Positions 1-12,272 of a DNA stretch of 64,000 nucleotides are shown here, in pieces (within the stretch, counting starts at the first letter, position 1; each line of letters begins with the position of its first letter). A program made the translations under genes and the position numbers. Under the pieces are notes generated by a model that worked only from the letters and a program-made list of their open reading frames with translations, was not told the origin of the DNA and made no database searches. This stretch comes from Malacoraja senta (lineage: Eukaryota): NCBI GenBank assembly GCA_038087875.1, contig CM075995.1, positions 684,001 to 748,000 of the forward strand. Reading direction: 5' to 3'.

Positions 1-2228
1 CCAAGTGGGACAGGCCCTTTAGTTTTAGGAATCTGGCAAGTTAGAGGGCCAGGCGTGGTGAGGGACGACTGTTCGCTGGACGACCGGAATGGAGGGGGTG
101 ACCTCTTGCATTTGGACTCAGTGGATTGTTCTGTATATTCTGTATTAACTGGGGTGATTGTGTTTATGTACGGAGTCAGTCTTGCTGAGCTGTATGCAGA
201 AAATATATTTCACTGTACCTGGTACACGCGACAATAAATAAACCATTGGTCTTTTAAACCATTTATATGCCTCACGCTGCCCGGCAAGGCCAGCAGCATA
301 ATCAAGGATGAGTCTCACCCCGGCTACTCCCTCTTCTCCCCTCTCCCATCAGGGTAAAAGTATAGCAGTGTGAAAACGCACACCTCCAGATTCAGGGACA
401 GTTTCTTCCCAGGTGTTGCCAGGCAACTGAATCATCCTACCACAACCAGAGAGCAGTCAATAGACAATAGGTGCAGGAGTAGGACGTTCGGCCCTTCAAG
501 CCAGCACCGCCATTCAATGTGATCATGGCTGATCATCCACAATCAGTACCCCGTTCCTGCCTTCTCCCCATATCCCCTGACTCCGCTATCTTTAAGAGCC
601 CTATCTAGCTCTCTCTTGAAAGCATCCAGAGAACCTGCCTCCACCGCCCTCTGAGGCAGAGAACTTATACATAAATATATATATATATATTGTTTACATA
701 ATACTATGTTACATATTCTTGTGTGCTGCTGCAAGTAAGAATTTCATTGATCTGTCTGGGGCATATGACAATAAAACACTCTTGACTTTACTCTTCCCCG
801 ACATGTGTATGTTGTAAAACTTTCTATCAGTGGTACAACTGCCCACACAAGGTGTAGGTTCTGATCTAACTCCTGCCTTGCAGTTAGCCTTTGTGCTCCT
901 GGCCAGACTCTGTGCATTGAAGTCCAGCAGGCAATGGGAATTTGGATCACGCTGGGCTGTGATCTCCCTGATGCACTTCAGTCAGCTGCAAGTGTGGATA
1001 CAGCTGCTCCCACCCTCACAAGGCATGTGTGTGCAACTTCATCTTTTCCAATGTAAAAAACACACTCAAACAGCTGAAAAAAGTGTTCAAACGGCCTTCT
1101 TACTTTACACTGCATGGTTTAGTTTTGTTTATTGTCACGCGTACCGAGGTCCGTACCGACCAGCGATCCCCGCACACTAACAAGACCCCACACACACACA
1201 CTGGGGACAATTTACATTTATACCAAGCCAATTAACCTGCAAACCTGTACGTCTTTGGAGTGTGGGAGGAAACCGGAGATCTCGGAGTAAACCCATGCAG
1301 GTCACGCGGCGAGGATGCACAAACTCCGTACAGACAACACTCGTGGTCAGGATTGAACCTGGGTCTCTGGTGCTGCAAGCGCTGCAAGGCAGCAACTCTA
1401 CCGCTGCGCTACTGTTTTCTCCGCCCTACGGAGAAAACCCACACGGTCACGGGGAGGACGTGCAAACTCTGTACAGACAGCGCTGTGGTCGTGATCGAAC
1501 CCGGGTCTCTGGCGCTGCAAGCGCTGCAAGGCAGCAACTCTACCGCTGCGCCACCGTGCAGCTACATGTTGCGTGCTATCCAGTCAGCAGAAAGGCAATA
1601 CGTGATTACAATCGACCCATTTAAAGTCTATAGACGAAATGTTGCTGTCGGGGTAGAGATTTAAGAGTGTGGAGCGATTGTAATGTGAGTTTGTAGATCT
1701 GCTTCTGTGGCCAGCACGCAAATAGTCGCCTGCGTTGGACGCCATCTTGGAAGCCATCTTGGAAAGACTACCTAAATGAAACTAAACTAACCTTCTTGTT
1801 TTACACTGCATAATTGAGGCTTGACAACACCAGCAACTGAGGCTGGTTTGAAAGAGACAGGCAGACCGGATAGGGAATACCGTACAAAACAATTCTTTAG
1901 AGTTTACTTTAGTGCTGCAGCATGGAAATATGCCCTTCGGCCCACCGAGTCCACGCCGACCAGCGATCACTATCCTACACTCTCGGGACGATTTACAATG
2001 TTATCGAAGCCAATTAACCGACAAACCTGTACGTTTTTGGAGTGTGGGAGGAAACCTGAGAACCTGGAGAAAACCCACGCGGTCACAGGGAGATGGTACA
2101 AACTCCATACAGACAGCACCCGTGGTCAGGATCGAACCCGGGTCACTGTTGTTGTGAGTCAGCAGCTCCACCAGCTGCGCCACCGTGCTGCTGACATGTA
2201 ATTGAAACTCACCACTGTACACGTTCTC

Positions 2229-2440
2229 AGAGAAGCTCAGCGGGTGAGGCAGCATCTATGGAGCGAAGGAATAGGTGACGTTTCGGGTCGAGCAGTACCG
2301 AGTCCAAGTCAGACTGAAGAAGGGTCTCGACCCGAAACGTCACCTATCCCATCGCTCCTTAGATGCTGCCTCACCCGCTGAGTTTCTCCAGCATTTTTGT
2401 CCACCTTCGATTTTTTCCTGCATCTGCAGTTCTTTCTTAA
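2229..2440. mobile_element. Inverted (head-to-head) Penelope terminal-repeat mini-element
   Basis: Minus-oriented half then plus-oriented half; 15-bp direct repeat ACTGTACACGTTCTC at 2214-2228 and 2441-2455. Confidence 0.85.
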
Positions 2441-2769
2441 ACTGTACACGTTCTCCATGCTCTTTTGCTAAACTTTGATAAACACATGTAGCGGTACGTC
2501 AGGGAAGAATCTATGCCCAGGTACCTAAGTGCCAAAGGTCATTACAAATCCCCTCCAGCAATAACCAACCAATGTTGCATCGTTTTGATGACATTGGCAA
2601 TATCGTGAGTAACATTTAGTGCAAGATAAAGTCCAGTAAAGTCCGATGAAAGATAGTGCGAGGGTCTCTGAGGTAGATAGTAGCTCAGGGCTGCTCACTA
2701 GTTGTCGGTGGGGTGATTCGGTTGCCTGGTAACAGCTGATAACTTCTTCAAAATGGAAGAGACATTTGG

Positions 2770-3125
2770 AAGATACGCCAGAGGCAGGAAACATGTTCCC
2801 GGTGTTGGGGGAGTCCAGAACCAGGGGCCGCAGTTTAAGAATAAGGAGTAAGCCATTTAGAACGGAGACGAGGAAACACTTTTTCTCACAGAGAGTGGTG
2901 AGTCTGTGGAATTCTCTGCCTCAGAGGGCGGTGGAGGCAGGTTCTCTGGATGCTTTCAAGAGAGAGCTAGATAGGGCTCTTAAAAATAGCGGAGTCAGGG
3001 GATATGGGGAGAAGGCAGGAACGGGGTACTGATTGGGGATGATCTGCAAAGATCACATTGAATGGCGGTGCTGGCACGAAGGGCCGAACGTCCTATGGCC
3101 TACTCCTGCACCTATTGTCTATTGA
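2770..3125 (+). mobile_element. CR1-clade LINE 3' fragment
   Basis: GESRTRG.SLRI...FFSQRVVSLWNSLP...GVRGYGEKAGTGY*; tail of CTATTGT repeats. Confidence 0.88.
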
Positions 3126-3222
3126 CATGTTAACAGGGAGCAGGGGGTAAGCGGGAGAACGTTTTAGGCCATGCCTCGCACACGAACACCAATAATGACG
3201 TGGATCTACTGAAGATACTTAC

Positions 3223-3328
3223 AGACTTATTCCACGAGAGCCCGGTGGTGTGGTACTCCTTGATGTAGGCCTGCAGCTCTGTCCAGATTCTGAGGAAGGA
3301 TTTGACCCATTCTACATGTCTCCTGTCA
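3223..3328 (-). CDS. CAP2: CAP2 coding exon (end of helical folded domain)
   Basis: ttgcag|T GAC AGG AGA CAT ... TGG AAT AAG TCT|gtaagt gives [35 protein letters not shown], a strongly conserved CAP motif. 106 nt, phase 2 to 0. Confidence 0.95.
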
Positions 3329-4489
3329 CTGCAATTGAATAAGATCGAAGAGAGCAACAGTGATTAATTTTTTAACAATTTAGTTAAAGCTGTTTAAACA
3401 ACAAGACAATAGAATGAATGAATGAATGAATGAATAAGTTTATTGCCCAACTATGTTCACATACAAGGTATTTGCCTTGGTGCTCCGCTCGCAAGTAACA
3501 ACACGACATACAGTAACAATTCAAAATAAAACATAAAACATTAAGAAGAAAACATTATAGTTTAAACATGTGAATGAAATATAATATCAGAGCAAAAGGA
3601 GGCTTCAGACTTTTGGTTATTGAGTAGAGCTACTGCTCGTGGAAAAAAGCTGTCGCCTTCCAGAGGGAAGTGATTCCCGAGACAATAGACAATAGGTGCA
3701 GGAGTAGGCCATTCGGCCCTTTGAGTCAATGAGATTGACTAAAGAGCAGTAGAATCATAGAGTCATACAGCAGGGAAACAGGCCCTTCAGCCCAACTTTC
3801 CCGTGCCGACCAAGATGCCCCATCTACCCCAAGATGGTGCCCAAGCCAGGCGACTCTTTGTGTGGTCGTCACAGAAGTGGATCTGAAAATCACTCCACTC
3901 TTAAATCTCATCAGCGACAGCAACATTTATGAACATTATTCACGTTATTCCCTTCGTAATGTATCTGTACACAGTGGACGGCTCGATTGTAATCAGGTAC
4001 TGTCTTTCCGCTGACTGGTTAGCACGCAATAAAAGCTTTTCACTGCACCTCACTGTTTATACGCGACGATAAACTAAACAAAACACCTCTATAAGATCAC
4101 CCGCCATCCTCCTGAACTCCGACATCCTCGTAAATCATAAGGTCATAAGAGACAGGAGTATAATTAGGCCATTCGGCCCATCGTCTACTCCGCCATTCAA
4201 TCATATCTGGTCTATCTCTCCTAATCCCATCTCTCCCTCCCAACTCTAGAGCTTCTCTGCACTCTTTCCAGCTCAACAACATCATTCCTACAGCAGCGTG
4301 GGAAGACTAAATGCAATAGCTTAAATAAATGTTTAGGCAATAAAATGACAATAAACTAAACTCTGCTTAACCTGGCTGCATTTGGCCCATGTCCCTCTAT
4401 AAGAGGCACAAAGTGCTGGAGTAACTTAGCAGGTCAGGCAGCATCTCTGGAGAACGTGGATAGTTGATGTTTTGGGTCAGGACCCTCAA

Positions 4490-5050
4490 GTTAAGTCAAG
4501 TCAAGAGAGTTTATTGTCATGTGTCCCTGATAGGACAATGAAATTCTTGCTTTGCTTCAGCACAACAGAACATAGTAGGCATTGACTACAAAACAGATCA
4601 GTGTGTCCATGTACCATTATATAAATATATACACACATGAATCAATAAACTGATAAAGTGCAAATAACAGTTAATTGGCTATTAATGTTCATAGTTATGT
4701 CCGAGCCAAGTTTAATAGCCTGATGGCTATGGGGAAGTAGCTATTCCTGAACTTGGTCATTGCAGTCTTCAGGCTCCTGTACCTTCTACCTGAAGGTAGT
4801 AGGGAGATGAGTGTGTGGCCAGGATGGTGTGGGTCCTTGATGATACTGCCAGCCTTTTTGAGGCAGCGACTGTGATCGATCCCCTCGATGGAAGGGAGGT
4901 CAGAGCCGATGATGGACTGGGCAGTGTTTACTACTTTTTGTAGTCTTTTCCTCTCCAGGGCGCTCAAGTTGCCGAACCAAGCCACAATGCAACCGGTCAG
5001 CATGCTCTCTACTGTGCACCTGTAGAAGTTAGAGAGAGTCCTCCTTGACC
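4490..5050 (-). mobile_element. Rex1-type LINE 3' fragment
   Basis: NFYRCTVESMLTGCIVAWFGN...HPGHTLISLLPSGRRYRSL...SYFPIAIRLLN; tail of CTTGA repeats. Confidence 0.82.
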
Positions 5051-5096
5051 CTTCTTCAGTCCTCACTTCCCCAGAGATGCTGCCTGACTCACCGAG

Positions 5097-5412
5097 TTAG
5101 TTTAGTTTAGAGATGCAGCGGGGAAACAGGCCCTTCAGCCTACCGAGTCCGCGACGACCAGCGATCCCTGCACATTAACACTATCCTGCTCACACAAGGG
5201 ACAATTTACATTTATTCCAAAGCCAATTAACCTACAAACCTGCACATCTTTGGAGTGCGGGAGAAAACCGAAGATCTCGGAGAAAACCCACGCAGGTCAA
5301 GGGGAGAACCTACAAACTCCGTACAGACAGCACCCATAGTCGGGATTGAAGCTGGGTCTCCGACGCTGCTAGCTCTGTAAGGCAGCAACTCTACCGCTGT
5401 GCCACCGTGCCA
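5097..5412 (-). mobile_element. tRNA-derived SINE, full length
   Basis: Reverse complement of the family consensus. Confidence 0.85.
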
Positions 5413-6242
5413 CCCCAACTTTAGTTACACCAACACTTTGTGTTATTTTATTCCTGTGTAGGCTGTAAGCAACGGATTATTCAGGATACACTAAAGGCAT
5501 CCAGAACCATCTCAACACTAATACAATCAGTGGTGTGCCTATATGTAGCTTTATATAAACCTCATGATTTTCTAATATACCAGAATGCATTGAGTGATGG
5601 GGTCTGACAGCCTAGAACACAAAAACATCCTTCCACTATAACCAAATATTAATAGTCTGAAAAGTCTGAAGAAGGGTCCCGACCCAAAACTTCACCTTTT
5701 TCTCCAGAGATGCTGCCCGACCTGCTACACTGTAAGTTAGTCCAGGACTTTGTATCTAACTTTAATAGCAGTAAACCTGTTAAGCTGCTGCGAGTAAGAA
5801 TTTCTGAAGTCTGAAGATGGGTCTCCAGAGATGCTGACTGTCCCGCTCAGTTACTCCAGCATTTTGTGTCTAACGGGTTGCGTTGGGAGACCAGGCCTCC
5901 CGTGGGGGCTATGGGTGAGTGGTGGAATATTGCATTGGGGGGCCAGGCCTCCCGTGTGACAGCGACCCAACGGGTCCCACTTGGTCTAGTAACAATTAAA
6001 ACTCTAGACCTGACCACCTGATACTACCCCAAATAGGATTGCCGCCATTCCCTGCAGCTCTGCACATAAGAGAATCATTCATCTCACTCCAAGGATGGGA
6101 AACCATGAACCCTTACATGCCACATACACTCGAAGAGGGAGAATGCACCCTGCCTCAGTAGCGAGCTATATGGCGTCGTACTGAACAGTGTGGTGCATAT
6201 AGTGTTTAGAGTCACCTTTGATCTCCAGTCTATGAACAAAGC

Positions 6243-7008
6243 CACACAAACTCGCACACACACACCCCACATACACACACACCCCAACCCAGACACACAC
6301 ACGCACCACATACATGCACCCCATACACACACACGCACCACACATACATGCACCCCACACAAACATACACACGCACCCCACGTAGATACACACCCCACAT
6401 ACACACACGTACCCCATATACAGATACACGCCCCATATACACACATGCACCCCACGTAGATACACACCCACATACACACACGTACCCCACATAGATACAC
6501 GCCCCATATACACACACACCCACGTAGATACACACCCCACATACACACACGTACCCCACATAGATACACGCCCCATATACACACACACACCCCACGTAGA
6601 TACACACCCCATACACACACGTACCCCACATACAGATACACGCCCCATATACACACACGCACCCCACGTAGATACACACCCCACATACACACGTACCCAC
6701 AGATACACGCCCCATATACACACACACACCCCACGTAGATACACACCCCACATACACACACGTACCCCACATAGATACACGCCCCATATACACACACGCA
6801 CCCCACGTATACACACCCCCACATACACGCACGTACCCCATACAGATACACGCCGCATATACACACACGCACCCCACATACAGATACACACCCCACATAT
6901 ACACACACAAACACACCCCACACTCACAAACACACACACACACCCCACACACACACGGACCACACACACACAACAAACAAACACAAACACACACACATAT
7001 ATATGCAC
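6243..7008. repeat. CA-rich minisatellite (~60-bp higher-order unit)
   Basis: Recurrent CACACACGTACCCCACATAGATACACGCCCCATATACACACAC.CCCCACGTAGATACACACCCCACATA. Confidence 0.92.
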
Positions 7009-8880
7009 AAACGGTACTGACCTATCATCTACCCCATTGGAGATGCTTAGACCGTCTTTAATCAGTCTTAGTTTTAGTTTTAGTGTTTAGTTTTAGAGAT
7101 ACAGCACGGAAACAGGCCCTTCGGCCCACCCGGTCTGTGCCGACCAGCGATCCCCGCACATTAACACGATCCTACACCCAGTATGGACAATTTTTACATT
7201 TACCAATCAAATTAACCTACAAACCTGTACATCTTTGGAGTGTGGGAGTAACCGAAGATCACGGAAAACCCCACGCAGGTCACGGGGAGAACGTTCGATC
7301 CCGGGTGCTGTCTGTAAGCAGTTTGTACGTTTACCCCATGACCGCGTGGGTTTTCCCCGCATGCTCGGTTTCCTCTTATACTCCAAAGGCATACAGGATT
7401 TTGTAGGTCAATTGGTATCGGTAAGGATTGTAAATTGTCCTTGTGTGTAGGATAGTGCTAAGTGTGCGGGGATCGCTGGTCAGCACGGACTCAGTGGGCC
7501 GAAGGGCCGGTTTCCGTGCTGCATCTCTAAATCAAACCAAACTAAATCTTTCATTCATTTGTTCTATATCTTTCTCTACATCACCGTCTATAGCTCTCAA
7601 TAGACAATAGACAATAGGTGCAGGGAGTTGGCCATTCGGCCCTTTGAGCCAGCACCGCCATTCAATGTGATCATGGCTGATCATCCCCAATCACAACACG
7701 ATGACAGCGAGGTCAACATTTTGTAACAAGGTAGACACGAAAGAAGAAGAGGAAGAGCACCCCGTTCCTGCCTTCTCCCCATATCCCCTGACTCCGCTAT
7801 TTTTAAGAGCCCTATCTAGCTCTCTCTTGAAAGTATCCAGAGGAACCAGCCTCCACCGCCCTCTGAGGCAGAGAATTCCACACTCATAACTCTCGTTTCC
7901 CTCCCCTGACTCTCAGTCTGAAGGGTCTCGACCCAAAACGTCACCTATTTCCTTTTCTCGAGAGATGTTGCCTGACCAGGAGTTACTCCAGCATTTTCAT
8001 GATGATAAGAATTAAAGCAGAATTAGGCCTACTCCGCCATTCAATCTTGGCTGATCTATCTCTCCCTCCTAACCCCATTCCCTGCCTTCTCCCCACCCGT
8101 ACAAATCCAGAATCTATCCATTTCTGCTTTAAATAAATCCACTGACTTTGCCTCCATGGTCTTCTGCGGCAAATAATTCCACAGATTCACCACAGTTTTT
8201 TTGTGTATGTCTTCGGTTTAAACCAGCATCTGCAGTTCTTTGAGTAGGAAGGAACTGCAGATGCTGGTTTAATCGAAGGTAGCCACAAAATGCTGGAGTG
8301 ACACAGCGGGACATGCAGCGTCTCTGGAGAGAAGGAATGGGAGACGTCACCCATTCCTTCTCTCCAGAGACGCTGCCTGTCCGCTGAGTTACTCCAGCGT
8401 TTTGAGTCTCTCTGCAGTTCCTTCCTCCATTAAACTAAACTAAAGTTCTCCCTCATTAGTGAAATAGGAAAATGGAGACATTATCTGGCTCTCTGTCACT
8501 GGTTGCCTAATGCACCTGTTGGGCAGCCTGTCGGGGATGACTAATGCACCAGAAGGACTTGTTCAGAAAGGGTTCAGACAGCCGATTTCTTAAGCGCATG
8601 TCATATGGTGGACTGTCCAGAACTGCACACAGCAATTCCTTTCTCTTAAATACAAATGAAACATGTAATCCACACCCTCAGATGCATGCATCAAAACATT
8701 CAAACACAAAAGGGCATTTGTATCCAAGATCTCGGGCCTAAAAGAATGCAAGCAGAATTAGGATTCCCTTGGCTAACTTAGCAGTTGTGGAATCTGACTT
8801 TCATGAACAGTACAGTATCGGGAATTGTAAGAATTGTACAAAATACTTGCACAATGTTCTCTTGTCTTGTTTTGTTTAAG

Positions 8881-9195
8881 GGCAGCACGGTGGCGCAGCG
8901 GTAGAGTTGCTGCCTCTCAGCGCCAGAGACCCGGGTTCGATCCTGACTACGGGTGCTGTCTGTACGGAGTTTGTACGTTCTCCCCGTGACCTCGTAGGTG
9001 CGTGGGTTTTCTCCGGGATCTCCGGTTTCCCTCCACACTCCAAAGACGTACAGGTTTGCAGGTTAATTCGCTTGGTGTATGTGTAAACTTGTCCCTAGTT
9101 TGTGTAGGAAAGTGTTAGTGTGCGGGGATCGCTGGTCGGTGTGGACTCGGTGGGCTGAAGGGCCTGGTTCTGCGCTGTATCTCTAAACTAAACTA
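8881..9195 (+). mobile_element. tRNA-derived SINE (V-SINE/HE1-like), full length; representative of more than 25 copies and fragments
   Basis: A box GGTGGCGCAGCGG, B box GGTTCGATCC, conserved core TGTACGGAGTTTGTACGTTCTCCCCGTG, LINE-like 3' end and (CTAAA)n tail. Confidence 0.88.
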
Positions 9196-9197
9196 GG

Positions 9198-9397
9198 NNN
9201 NNNNNNNNNNNNNNNNNNNNNNNNNNNNNNNNNNNNNNNNNNNNNNNNNNNNNNNNNNNNNNNNNNNNNNNNNNNNNNNNNNNNNNNNNNNNNNNNNNNN
9301 NNNNNNNNNNNNNNNNNNNNNNNNNNNNNNNNNNNNNNNNNNNNNNNNNNNNNNNNNNNNNNNNNNNNNNNNNNNNNNNNNNNNNNNNNNNNNNNNN
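9198..9397. other. assembly gap (200 N)
   Basis: Run of exactly 200 N. Confidence 0.99.
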
Positions 9398-9539
9398 AAA
9401 GGGGTTCAGTTTCAGTTTAGTTTAGTTTATTCTCACATGTACCAAGGTAGAGTGAAAAGCTTTAGTTGCGTGCTAACCAGTCAGCAGAAAGACTGATTGG
9501 GGTGTACAGTAGGGAGTATATTGACAGGTTACACCATGC

Positions 9540-10475
9540 CGTGGTTTACTCTACTACTCTCTCTACACCAACGACTGCACCTCCACAGACACCTCTGTCA
9601 AGCTTCTCAAGTTTGCGGACGACACAACCCTGATTGGACTGATCCAGGATGGGGAGGAATCTGCCTACAGACAGGAAGTGTCACAGCTGGCGTCCTGGTG
9701 CCATCGCAACAACCTGGAGCTCAATGCTCTTAAGACAGTGGAATTGATTGTAGACTTTAGGAGAGCTCCCCCTCCCCTCACCACACTCACATCTGTGGAG
9801 TCTTTTAAGTTCCTGGGAACCATCATCTCCAAGGACCATAAGTGGAGGGCTACCATCGACTCCACAGTCAAAAAGGCACAACAGAGGATGTACTTCCTGC
9901 GGCAGCTGAGGAAGCACAATCTGCCACAGGCAATGATGGTCCAATTCTACACGGCCATCGTAAAGTCTGTTCTCACCTTCTCCATCATGGTCTGGTTTGG
10001 CTCAGCCACCAAGCACGACACCTGGAGGCTGCAGCGAATCGTCCGATCAGCAGAGAAGATTATTGGCTGCAACCTTCCCTCCATTGACGAGCTGTACACT
10101 GCAAGGGCTAGGAAGCGAGCGGGCAAGATCATCTCTGACCCCTCTCACCCAGCCCACAATCTCTTTGAATCATTTCCCTCTGGAAGGCGACTGCGGACTG
10201 TCAAAGCTGCCACAGCCAGACATAAAAGCAGTTTTTATCCACGAGTAGTTGCTCTACTCAACAGCCAAAAATCTGTAGACTCCCTTTGATCTGGTATTTT
10301 GTTGGTTCACATGCTTGATCAATGGTGTTTTAACATTAATGTTTTATTATTATTAATGTTTAGTGTTTTCTGAGTCATTCGTAACTGTCACTGTATGTCA
10401 TGTTGTTACTTGTGGGCAGAGCACCAAGGCAAATTCCTTGTATGTGAATACTTGGCCAATAAACGTACTTACTTA
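9540..10475 (+). mobile_element. Rex1/Babar-type LINE 3' fragment (RT C-terminal part plus 3'UTR)
   Basis: LYTNDC...KFADDTTLIGLI...WCHRNNLELNALKTVELIVDFR...FKFLGTII...KKAQQRMYFLRQL; ends AATAAA plus TACT repeats. Confidence 0.88.
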
Positions 10476-10767
10476 GTACCATGAAGGCCGAAGAACGAAC
10501 GAGATTACAAAGAGCCCAGTCCATCACGGGTACTGACCTCCCCATTATCGAAGGGATCTACAGGAGTCACTGCCTCATAAAGGCATCAGAGACCCACAGA
10601 ATCCTGGCCGCCTCCTCTTTTCACTCCTTCCATCGGGGAGGGGGGGGGGGGGGGGGGGAGGTACAGGAGCCTGAAAACTAACGTCCAGGTTCAGAAGCAG
10701 CTTCTTCCCTACAACCATCAGGCTAATGAACACTACAAACCACAAACTAGAGTTTGAACTATGCACC

Positions 10768-11297
10768 GACACAAAATGCTGGAGTAACTCAGCGGGACAG
10801 GCAGCATCTCTGGAGAGAAGGGATGGGTAACGTTTCGGGTCGAGACCCTTCTTCGGACTGAAAGTCATGGGAAAGGGAAACGAGAGATATAGACGATGAT
10901 GTAGAGAGATATAGAACAAATGAATGAAAGATATGCAAATAAGTAACAATGATAAAGGAAACAGGCCATTGTTAGCGGCTTGCTAGGTGAGAACGAGAAG
11001 CTGGTGTGGCTTGGGTGGGGGAGGGATGGAGAGAGAGGGAGGGAATGCAGGGGTTACTTGAAGTTAGAGCGATCAATATTCAAGCTGCCCAAGCGAAATA
11101 TGAGGTGCTGTTCCTCCAATTTATGTTTAGCCTCACTGACAATGGAGGAGGCCCAGGACAGAAAGGTCTGTGTGGGAATGGGAAGGAGAATTAAACTGTT
11201 TAGCCAGCGGGAGATCAGTTAAGTTCAGGTGGACTGAACGAAGGTGTTCAGCGAAACGATCGCCCAGTCTACGTTTGGTCTCGCCGATGCATAAGAG
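10768..11297 (-). mobile_element. Penelope-like element 3' fragment
   Basis: Minus strand encodes DLSVLGLLHC...LEEQHLIFRLGSL followed by the same terminal repeat; interrupted at 11299 by a CR1 tail. Confidence 0.82.
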
Positions 11298-11298
11298 T

Positions 11299-11735
11299 CA
11301 ATAGACAATAGACAATAGGTGCAGGAGTAGGCCTTCGAGCCAGCACCGCCATTCAATGTGATCATGGCTGATCATCCCCAATCAGTACCCCATTCCTGCC
11401 TTCACCCCATATCCCCTGACTCCGCTATTTTCAAGAGCCCTATCTAGCTCTCTCTTGAAAGCATCCAGAGAACCGGCCTCCACCGCCCTCTGAGGCAGAG
11501 AATTCCAAAGACTCACCACTCTCTGTGAGAAAAAGTGTTTCCTTGTCTCCGTTCTAAATGGCTTACCCCTTATTCTTAAACTGTGGCCCCTGGTTCTGGA
11601 CTCCCCCAACATCGGGAACATGTTTCCTGCCTCTAGCCTGTCCAAGCCCTTAACAACCTTATATGTTTCAATGAGATAACCTCTCATCCTACTAAACTCC
11701 AGAGTGTACAAGCCCAGCTGCTCCATTCTCCCAGC
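11299..11735 (-). mobile_element. CR1-clade LINE 3' fragment
   Basis: ORF 11382-11726 is a CR1 ORF2 C-terminus; (CAATAGA)n tail on the + strand. Confidence 0.88.
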
Positions 11736-12240
11736 ATATCTTGAACAACGGATTCAGTAGGTCATGGACAACGGGCTGCCTTGGTTGCACTCAGGTTTTG
11801 GGGGGCAATTCTGCACTAGTAGAACTGTAAACTCGGGACTTTAGGCCTTTGTTTGTGTTTTGCACTAACATTGCTCTTTTTAAAAATCCCTTTTGCCTGT
11901 TTTATTATGTCACAGATCGGTTATGCTGCTACAATTAAGAATTTCATCGTTCCATTTCGGTACATATGACAATGAAAGACTCTTGACTCTCGAGAAACTG
12001 TGGGAAGGGATCAGGGACTGGGTGGTTTCCATGGCGATCTCGGCAGTATCTATTCAACCAGCATCACTAGAATAAATTATCTTGCCATTATCTCACGACT
12101 TGTGTATCCTTGCTGTTGGCAAGCTGGTTGCTGCACTTGTGTAGGAAAGAACTGCAGATGCTGGTTTGAATCGAAGGTAGACACAAAATGCCGGAGTAAC
12201 TCAGCGGGACGGGCAGCATCTCTGGAGAGAAGGAATGGGT

Positions 12241-12272
12241 GACGTTTCGGGTCGAGACCCTTCTTCAGACTG
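12241..12272 (-). ncRNA. Minimal hammerhead-ribozyme-like motif in Penelope terminal repeat (representative copy)
   Basis: Minus strand reads AGT-CTGAAGA-A-GGGT CTCG ACCC-GAAA-CGTC-ACC: CUGANGA and GAAA core boxes, a stem II hairpin, and GUC at the putative cleavage site. Confidence 0.6.

Noticed and set aside
1741..1763. Tandem GCCATCTTGG (YY1-like) motifs
   Set aside because: A short duplication with no other promoter evidence; such motifs are common in repeat fragments.
6084..7008. Three long ORFs (254-280 aa) rich in V/C/Y/G
   Set aside because: They are translations of a TG-rich minisatellite that lacks stop codons, not a protein gene.
8881..8960. tRNA gene
   Set aside because: It is the tRNA-like head (A/B boxes) of a SINE, continuing into the SINE core and tail in many copies.
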